A DNA stretch of 56,486 nucleotides, filler included, from Jimgerdemannia flammicorona (lineage: Eukaryota): the NCBI GenBank assembly GCA_003990765.1. It is 3 parts of 3 records of this genome, joined end to end, with 100 filler letters (N's around TTAATTAATTAA, not from the genome) between each part and the next. Parts side by side here need not be neighbours in the genome. Positions count along the whole stretch, not along the records: positions 37,736 to 56,486 come from RBNJ01002121.1; 2 more parts are not named here. The stretch is one strand, 5' to 3'. Both the position numbers and the translations under genes were made by a program. Of the stretch, positions 47,501 to 56,486 are shown piece after piece. Below the pieces are notes generated by a model, which searched no databases, had not been told where the DNA came from, and saw only the letters and a program-made list of their open reading frames with translations. Numbering within the stretch: the first letter of the stretch is position 1; each line of letters begins with the position of its first letter.

Positions 47501-50238
47501 TGTCAAACTGAATAAAAGTCGAATGAAAGCCAAACCAAATGAAAGTTGAATCAAATGAAAGTTGAATCAAATGAAAGTCAAATTGAATGAAAGTCAAATT
47601 GAATGAAAGTCGAATTGAATGAAGATAAAATGGAATGAAAGCCAAATTGAATTGAACAAAAGCGAAACTGAATGAAAGTCAAATCGAATAAAAGTCAAAT
47701 TGAATTGAGCCTTGATTCAATTTGTATCAAATCGAATTGAGAGTCAATTCAATTCGATTCAGTTTTTTATAAGTACTACTCAAGAGACAAATTCAATCTT
47801 TATCACTACTCAGACAGAAATATATACTCTTGGTAAGATAAACAGAACCACTACTTCATAACAGCAAGGGGTAGACCAACTGAACATTAGCTAATTTCTA
47901 TTGCCAGAACCTCAGTACCCTGATCCTTCACACTCTATTATTATCTACAAAAAACAAGAAGCTCAAGCTATCTCTGAATCTCAGTATTTAGTAATCATTA
48001 TCACTCAATCAGAGAACCACATCATCAAGAACCTCTATACTAGCTTTAATTAGAAAGGTCAAACTCTCTACACCTTTATCAAGATACTGTCTCCTGCTAG
48101 CACCACTAGCTCATTAAGCCTCCACCATCTCTATCTTAAGTATTATTAAGAAACTCTACTTCAGAACCAGACTCAGACAGTAAAAATGAACTAGAGATAA
48201 GCTATCTTCAGAAATCCCATAGTATAGACAGTGAAGATATTGAGGAATTCCTTGTAAAAATTGAAGTACAAGTAGCAGCCAAGCAGTGGAATGCCCTGAG
48301 AAAGCTCAGAATTATAGAATCACTCCTAAGAGATCCTGCCCTACAGAAGTACAATCAAGCAAGGCAAATTGGAGAAGAAATCCATATAACAGAACAAGCC
48401 AACAATCTTCAAGCAAATGGAGATTATGCAGACAGATATAATATCCATAAGATCTGGCTCTGCACTCAGTTCAATAGTCTTGAGCATCAACAAGAAGCAT
48501 AAGAAGCTTTGAACTATATGAGCCAAGCTGCTAATAAAACTCCAAAAAGCTTCTATCATTAAATTTAAGCTCAGATGATCAAGACAAACTTGCAACCTAT
48601 AGTTCAACTGGCCTTGGCCTCAACCATCTTTCTCAATAGAATATTCTCAGAGCTTCAAAGATAAGTTATTAGGATGGACTATTGAAGTATTGAACTATAA
48701 GTTGCAGAAGCACAAAGATGCTGAGAAGTAGACTATAGATTATATCAGCAGACTTAAGAATATCAAAAATCAGCTCAAGCTGAAATTTCAAAGATTCATA
48801 GAATGACTCTAGAACAAGAAAATGTCTACTTAAGAGCCCAGTTGGCCAACTATGAGAGCAGACCCTCATCCTCAATTCCAACTCAGTATAGGCAATAATA
48901 GCAGTCTCTACCAAGAACTCAAGAAGACTCTATGATAATAATTACTAAATAAATGAAAGATCTAGCCATTATGATTGCTCAGTTAAAGAACTAAGAAGAA
49001 AGATGGCAAGATTATCATTAAGATAATAGACCTGACTACTGTCAGCAGAAAAACAGAAACTTCATGCAGGCTCTACTAGTTTTAACTACAGATTTACCAG
49101 TAATAGATTCCTATACTTCAACTTACTTCAGCTATAGACATCAAGATCACATTTAGAGATTCTGCCCAAAGAAATAGACTGTCTAATGACAAAAATGTCA
49201 ACCTCATTCAGATAGATGAAGAAACTCAAGAAATAGAATAAGATGCTGCCTGGCTTCATAGCTAAGATAATACCTACTCATACTTTGAAGTCTTTCCCTC
49301 TAAGATAATATAGAATACAGTACCTGCTCAAACTAGAGGATAAAGAAGACCCCCAAGAACCCCACTCTAACCACCATTGTCAGTAACCATATCTACAGAC
49401 AAATATCTGAGACATGGCTATTCCTTCTCAGATATACTTTAGAAAAGTGATAAGAGAGTTAGAAGAGATACCTCTGAACCCAAAGCTGGTCTATCAAGAA
49501 TATCAAGAAGTACCTCTCTGCCTGATCTCAAAGAAGAAGAACATATAAGTATAGAATCTTCAACTGATAAAATATCCAATAAAAATGAGAGAATTCATCT
49601 AAAGAGATCTAGACATTGAAGGAGTAGTAAACCCCATAAAGCAGTATCACTTTGGGAATATCTCCACACCCAGAATATAGGCCTTACATTCAAACAAGTT
49701 ATTAAGAATGTACCAGAAGTTAGGCAAAAGTTCCTCAAGAAAGTCAAAGAAGATACCAAGAGAGTTTCTATCTAAGGACTACATACTCTAGAGCCAAGTA
49801 CCATCTATATAGTCTATGAACACTAGTGCCAAGAACATCAATCCACAAGGCTGGCTAATGGAAAGATATATGCTGAAAATATCAGAATTCTTATTGATAC
49901 TGGAGCAGCAGTTTACATCATTACTCAGTGAATGTTAAAAAGAATTGAATGGAGAATTGATGAAGAAACCAAGGCAAAAGTTATTATGGAAGATGAATCA
50001 GCATCTACCCCTCTTGGACTAGTCAGAGATATATCTATTCAAGTTAGAAGGGTCTGTCTCAACATACCTCAAGCAATTGTAACCCCAGTAATCTCCTATG
50101 ATCAGATTCTGAGAACTTACTGGTTGTACCAAGTTGAAGCCAATGTAGATATCAAGAAACAACTCCTGATATTCACCTTTTATAGACAAAAGCACAAGGT
50201 ACCAATTGAGTCTAAAGAATCAAGGAAATTAAGTCAAG

Positions 50239-50984
50239 TGTAATAATTCTTATTTCTATCCCTCTCTTATCCTTTAGATAATTAGAGAAACAAGATATTA
50301 CTTAGGAACTTAGTATATAATGTATACCAAGAAGCCTTCAGTGTAAGAAAGCACTCACTTGAAAGTAGTTGTAGTGGTAGTGTCCTTCCTATCAACTGTA
50401 GTTATAAGAGACTTATTCTTTACTATATATAGACTGAATTTGTCTTGGAATTCAGGTTCAATAAGTGAGTTTACTTAAGTCTTTATGATTTATATACCAG
50501 TTTCAGTTCTGGTAAAAGTTAGTTAGACTTCTGGAGTTTTAGTCACAAATACTAGAGTCACATAGATGTTATTACTAAGACTCAGAGAAATGTATGTGTA
50601 GAGGGAGACTTGATTCTTATATTAAGGACTGAACTAAAACTGTCTTTATTTCAGATTGGATGTGGGGGGTATTTATACAAGTTGGTTTATAATTTCTGAC
50701 TAAGTATAAGTAACTAATTTGGTAACTATGGTGAGGTTTGTGATCATGACCTTTGTTAGATAGTTTGTGATCAGAATCACTTTATGATCAGGACCTCTAT
50801 TGTTAGGCAATAATCAGAGTTGCTATAGTGCTGATTGCTATGATACTGATTCCTGGAGATAAGCTGGATATTGTTTAATTATATCATTTATATCATTTGT
50901 ATTATTTTTTACATTTGTCATATGTTGTACTCAATTGTGATATTATTGCTAAGTCATATCTCATCTGTTCATTGTTCTATTACA
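50239..50984 (-). repeat. 3' LTR, 746 bp, AT-shifted (old)
   Basis: TGTAATA...TATTACA inverted termini; homologous in inverted orientation to 56113-56486. Confidence 0.85.
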
Positions 50985-52990
50985 TCCTTTCTCTCTTAAA
51001 AATCAATATCCTCATTGATTTGGAAATTGAGAACTAGGAGAGAGAAAGGTGGGAAATCATCCTTAGTGTTGTTGTCTTCTTCTTCAGTAGTTGGAGGAGT
51101 AGTTGTTGATCACTTAATGTTAAGAATAGAGAAGTCAATAAGGTCTGCAAATGGTTCTTAAAGTGGTATAGGCAGTGAGGTAGGAGTTCTTCATCTAATA
51201 TGGTTGGGACCATCCAAGTAGAGTTCTTGATTCTTATGTCTAGAGATATCTATTGGAATGGGCAGTCCTTCAAAGAGGGCAGAGAGGCCTTGGATCCATT
51301 GGTCTGGATTATCATTCAAGAGAGAGCTCTAGTGGGGTTTGCAGTCGTAGACTTAAGGACAATCCAGAAGTTGACTTCTTGGGTAATCTTGATCTCTAGT
51401 TCATCAATCTTGAGGAAGGAGAGATTCTGGAAGTTCAGTTATATGTAGTTGAGATTGAAGATTGCAAAAGGTGTATAGTGTATGATTTGATAGATCTTCT
51501 TAGCTAGTCTTTATATACTTGTCTAGGTTGGTCTAGTCTGAGACCTGATCAATGGATAGGCTCTTTGTATATTAAAGAAGTTGATGACTAATTTCATATT
51601 TATGCCAGATTTCTAGGTAGCTGGTAGTAAGGTAGGCTCTTTTGATGACTTCACAGTAGTTAAGGACATAATGTCCTAGGTCATGGCTGGTGAGGTTAAG
51701 GGCCTCAGAGCAGTGGTTTCTTTCTTAAATAGTGATCTGGATGTGTCCAAAGAGGTGGTCAACCTGGCTGGAGAGAAGCTGGCTATAGCAGACTGTTTGG
51801 TAGCAAGTAGCAGGTATTCTTATCTTATCTTTTCTTTGGAGAGAAGAGAGGGAGATGGAGGTTGTAATGTGTTCCTGCTATGAGTATTTATACTTATTTA
51901 TCTATCTGGTATGACTTTATTTCAATCATATTTCTAGAGGAATGTGTAACCTATTGCTGTAAGCAGAGCATATGCTAGATATATGAGAAAATGCTGATTT
52001 CAAAGATATCACTATATTGCAGTTATGGTTATACAGAGTTGAGAGATCTTGGTCTTCTTTTTTTTTGTCTTGTTGGTATATTTGTGAGGACTGACCATCC
52101 TGGTCTAGGGTAAGGACTCTCATTATCATGACTGGGGATTTAAATCTCTTGAAAATAGCATTTCTTATAATCTGAGGTAATTTCTAGTAACAATATCTGT
52201 CTTATAGATAGACTTGAGATTGGTTCTGACATTGTTGGCTTTCTTGAGTTCTATATGAAATGTCTGTCACTCTTCAATAGAGATGATACAGATGGCATGA
52301 ACAGAGTTGTTCAAATGCATTTACTATATCTTACTAGATTATTCTTCATCTGAATATTCTCTTATTGGTTAATTATAGTATTTCTCTTCTTGTAATGTTC
52401 AGTATTATATATCCTAGATAAATATATATGGAATCTTCTTCATTTGCTATATGCTCTAGATTTTAGAGCTACAGTTTCTTCCTTTGCTATAGAGTGAGTG
52501 TCTCCATATAGTTCTGGAGGTCTTTGCATATATTCTCCAGAGCTTCTTCTTTTTCCCAGATGGTATCATGGGTGGGGTAACCATTCTACTTGATGAGATA
52601 ACACTGCTTGACTGTTTTGGTATGTTTGCAGATCTTATGGTCAAGTACTCTCTCAATTTCGAATTTCTCATGATTATTGATCCTAATTGGGAATAGTGGT
52701 GGAACTGTATACTTGGGGAATGGGTTCTCATGGTAGTCTACCAATTGACTGATATAGAACACTAAATGTAATTGAATATTGTAAGAAAGTTGCAATTTGT
52801 AGTTGACTTCACTGACTTTTTCCACAACCTCATATGGTCTAATTCTTCTAGCACAGAGTTTCTTGAATAGTTGTTATGCCAGAGTATCTGGATAGAGGTG
52901 GTCTGTTCTAAGCATGACCATGTCACTAATATTATAGGAGACTTCTCTTTATTTCAAGTTTGCATACTTGGTCTAGTAGTCCTGTACTTC
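50239..52990 (-). mobile_element. 3' part of a chromodomain-bearing Ty3/Gypsy element (chromovirus): integrase C-terminus, chromodomain, about 1.5 kb extra region, PPT and 3' LTR
   Basis: EKVSEVNYKLQL...LHLVFYISQL; FEIERVLDHK...YLIK*NGYPTHDTIWE; PPT AAGAGAGAAAGGA (minus strand, 50997-50985) abutting the LTR. Confidence 0.88.
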
Positions 52991-55900
52991 TTTTTTTTTT
53001 TTTTTTTTTTTTTATAGTTACTTGGACTTCTCTTTATTACTGCAATCTATAAATAATAATACAATTTCACCCCCAACCCCTCAACCAATATCCCTCAGAT
53101 CTTCTTCTCCACCCTCCATCTCTTCCCATTGGAGAATAACCCAGTCACCCACCACCCGAACCCTCTCTCTACTTTTCTGGCAAATATAATTCACCAAACT
53201 CCATCAGCTCCCCCCACCTTGTCCCCACCCTCTCTACTAGCTATTCAAAATATCAAGTATTAATCATTCTCATCATGTCATCTTAGCCTCAACCTCAGCC
53301 TACTGGCCCTCCTTGAATACATGTAACCAATGCCCAGCCAGCCCAACCCAAATTGCCAGAGCTCATCCCAAGGTCAACCATTCATCCCCAACCCCACCCA
53401 CTAGACTTTGGCAGAGGTCCCTCCATCTCCCCCCTTCCCCCCCCACCAGGGCTCGCAGTTGTAACTAGTTTGCAATGTAGTTCCAAAACTCCCCCAGAAC
53501 TTCATACTCTTCAAGCCAATGTTTAGGTATTTGTACCACTCCCCCCTCCTGGCCAACATCCATACATTCCTCATACTCAAACATACCATCCACCACCAAG
53601 TGCCCAGACTGATAGTTCAGCATCATATTCCACCTTAGAAACCTCCACCATATCATCCAAAACTTGGGGGGAAGCCACCACATTACCTGCTTACTCTAAG
53701 GCCAAAGATCATTCCAGTCCCACTCCTCACCAATCTCCACCCTCTGCTATGCTTTAGGCCACAGGTCCCCCCCTAGGTCCCACATACAATCCATTCCATC
53801 ACCAAGCTAGAAATCCTCCACCAATACACCACTCAGCAGTAGCTTGTCTCATCTCTACATCTGTGGTCTCCAGTCCTCCTCCCCCTCATCACCCTGCTAC
53901 CAAAGTCCAATTCTCCTTGCACCATCCACCACCCTCACCAAAAGCCCCTATATCACATCCTCTTGCTCCCATCCAGGGCCACCATTGCAAGCAGATTGCC
54001 AGTTACTCCATGAGGGAAAAACCAGGCTTCCCACACTCTCTGCATGAGTGGCACCCACTCCTGGCCCCTCAACTCACTCACCTTCTTCAGCCACCATACT
54101 ATCAGATAATGAAGGTGTTTGGTAAAGTACACCAAGTCTAGCCCACCTCTGTCAATAGGCAGGATCAGAACCTCCCATCCTATCTGACTTCACTGCCCAG
54201 CCCAGATCCACAATCTTGCCATCTTCACAAGTCACCAGACCATCCATGTCAGAAAGTCCAGATGATACCCCACATACCATAGCTTCGGCAGCCAATATAT
54301 ATTCAGCACTATCACCCTTCCTGCCAAGGATATATGCCGACCACCCCACCTTAAGAGCACATTTCCCCATACTAGGAGCTGCTGTTTCCACTAAGCCTGG
54401 GGCAGAAGAGACCCATATACTGAGAAGTAGATTCTCAAGTAATGGACTGGTTCTCCTTCTAGCACCACTATTCCAATCACATTGCTGCCAACTATTCTGC
54501 TGCCTAGCACCAGAGCCTCACATTTTTATCAGTTGAGTTGAGCACCTGAGCCCCTCTCATACCATTCTACAGACCTCCTTAATTCCTCCACATCCTGTAA
54601 TGAACCCAGTCCAGCCACCATATTATCTGCAAAAGCCCCCACCTTCTAATTAATTCTCAAAATGTCCAAACCCCCAATTCAATGCTGGATCCTGTCTAAT
54701 AGAGGCTCTAAGGAAAGGACATATAAGATAGATGACAAAGGATCTCCTTGCGGCACCCCATGACCAAGTGGGAAAGTCACACCCCTGTGCCTATTCACTA
54801 CCAATGCTGCTTGACTGTCTTCTAATAGACTGATTAATGACCTCCTGAACTATGGGGGAACTCCCACCCATTTCAGTACTCCCTCCAGCCAGGTCCTCCT
54901 CACTCTGTCATATGTTTTCTCCTGATCCAGAAACACTAACCAACTATTAACCCCAGCTGTCTGAGCCCCTTCAATCACCCCATAGATCCAGGCAGTTTCA
55001 TCTCAGATCAGTTGACCACCAACAAACCCTCTCTGCTCCACTCCTAGTACTTGCTAAGTAATCTCCTGCAGTCTAGTCACTAAGATCTTTGTCACCAGCT
55101 TGTAGTCTATATCAAGGAGTATGATCAGTCACCAGTTCTTCCAATCTTCCCTTCTCCCCTTATCCTTATAGAGCAAGGAGACCAGCTGTAGGTACTGGCC
55201 CCCAATCCAAGTTCCAGACCAAAGAATCTCACCACACATTACTGTCATCTCCTCCAATACCACCTCCACCCCAGCCATCTTCTTCCAAAAATCCCAAGAA
55301 AGCCCATCCTCTCTTGGGGCTGTCCCCTTGCTTGTTGAAGCCAAAACCTTGCAAACTTCCTCCCCCCACACTGGATCTCCTAGTGTCCCCAGGCCCAGTG
55401 CTGGGTCTGGATGCCAATCCCCCAACTGTCATTCAAAGTTCAAGGCATCCTCACTCCCTTCTTCCTCACTCCATAAATTCTTCCAGTGAGTCCTCAGCAA
55501 TTCCAGAATCTTAGTAGTCCCTGCCACCATCTCCCCATCCTCATCCAAAATATCATCCCACTGCTGTCTGATTCTCCGAGCTTGGAGTAACCAGGAAAGA
55601 AACCTAGTGGACCTCTCCCCCTCCTCCAACCTCTGCCACCACAACCTCACTACCATCCCCTTTAGCTGAGCCCCTTCCTCCATTCATAGCACTTCCTTAA
55701 GCTCATCAACTTCCTTTTGTATCTACAGAATACACCAATCAGCCACCCCCTAACCCTCCAGAGACCCCACCCACCTCCCCAAAAGTACTGCCAATCTCTG
55801 TGAAGCCCATTGCACTCACCACCGCCACTGAGCACTCCTTCCTTTCCCTGCCTCCCTCCAGTACCTCTGAGCACTCGATTTGAGCCACTGCCAGTGATCA

Positions 55901-56112
55901 CCAATCACCAAACCCTGCTTCTGCCACCTACCAATCTTCTCAATAATATTTACCTCCCAATCTGCCCATAAGAAACCATCCTCCAACAATGAAGAGTTCA
56001 GCCACCAATGTCCAGGCCCATCCCCACTTCCCCCAAATCTCCCACACCCTATCAGACCCCAGTGATCCAACTATAGGTACCTAACCACCTCCAGTATATC
56101 TCAGACATCTAC
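52991..56112 (-). mobile_element. Decayed non-LTR retrotransposon (LINE, L1/Tx1-like ORF2) with poly(A) tail; 5' part interrupted by an LTR
   Basis: Endonuclease end DHW..GPGHWWLNSSLL; EGERSTRFL; KGTAPREDGL..DFWK; LLYKDKG...W*LI.LLDIDYKL.TKIL..RL; GVPQGDPLS. Poly(T) at 52991-53013 on the plus strand. Confidence 0.88.
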
Positions 56113-56486
56113 TGTAATAGAACGAGCGAACAGATGGGACGCGACGAACGACGAGCGATCACGTGACCTGGCGAGCGATGACGTCATCATACGAACGAAG
56201 AGCGACATATGAATTACGAACGATGCAAACGATGCGAAACGACGCGGAAAACGATATCCAGCTTATCCCCAATAATCGGCACCGCAGCAACAGTTGCCAC
56301 AGCAGCTGATCATTGCCTAGTAATTGAGGTCCTGATCACAAAGTTGTTTTTACCAAAAACCACCTGACAAAGGTCGCGATCACAAACCTCATTATAGTTA
56401 CCAAATTAGTCACTTATACTTAGTCAGAAATCGCGGACCAACTTGTATAAATACTCCCCAGTTTCCATCCGAAATAAAGCAGTTTT
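56113..56486 (+). mobile_element. Young, CpG-rich LTR of the same family as 50239-50984; runs off the window end
   Basis: Starts TGTAATAGAAC; its reverse complement aligns to 50637-50984. Confidence 0.85.

Larger units (their letters stand above)
38246..47778 (-). mobile_element. Decayed hAT DNA transposon (transposase about 47280-39850) with TIRs and subterminal repeat arrays
   Basis: BED finger SEIWKEF...YNYC...NMQDHF..SH; ISFTLDTWTS; ITTDNVTNN; MAHIINLAVQ; KTWWNS; LDPRLK; dimerisation motif FPNLVKIAQDYLTIPATSAPIERIFS. Ends TAGTACTT...AAGTACTA. AAGTCAAATTGAATG-type arrays at about 38270-38510 and 47330-47760. Confidence 0.9.
37951..50238 (+). mobile_element. Decayed Ty3/Gypsy LTR retrotransposon (putative LTR end and PBS 38071-38092; gag and protease about 48190-50238), split by the hAT insertion and cut by a chromovirus LTR
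   Basis: Gag-like EDIEEFLVKIEVQVAAKQWNALRKL; degenerate knuckle FSYRHQDHI*RFCP; aspartic protease ILIDTGA...YDQIL..YWL. Linking the 38 kb part to the 48-50 kb part is inference. Confidence 0.7.

Noticed and set aside
1..56486. tRNA/rRNA genes and U12-type introns
   Set aside because: None seen by eye; the RTATCCT matches I noticed are not at exon boundaries. tRNAscan/Infernal would be needed to exclude RNA genes.

Overview
Eukaryotic, intron-rich fungal DNA. Gene content (metazoan-type MED27, TKL kinase-Sel1, F-box/LRR) suggests an early-diverging fungus, probably Mucoromycota; this is inference. Two 100-bp artificial joins (44N-TTAATTAATTAA-44N) at 18769-18868 and 37636-37735 split the window into three contigs, so adjacency across them is unproven. 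Contigs 1-2 carry compact genes: an LRR protein, a secreted PA-domain subtilisin, SAM50, ISD11, a likely mitochondrial ArgRS, an F-box/LRR protein, MED27, a KCTD-like BTB protein, MED1, mL46 and GNA1. Pseudogenes lie between them: an RNA Pol I largest-subunit fragment, an aldo-keto reductase and a kinase-Sel1 gene. Two paralogous spliced genes (7457-8989 and 35367-36680), not recovered as whole ORFs by the track, fuse an RRM to an HSP20/alpha-crystallin domain; this is the best novelty candidate. Contig 3 is a nested stack of transposons: Ty3/Gypsy > hAT > Ngaro-type tyrosine-recombinase retroelement, and Gypsy > chromovirus > LINE > young LTR. An old and a young copy of the same LTR reveal heavy C-to-T hypermutation in CpG and non-CpG contexts. 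All exon boundaries and homologies were read by eye; no searches were run.
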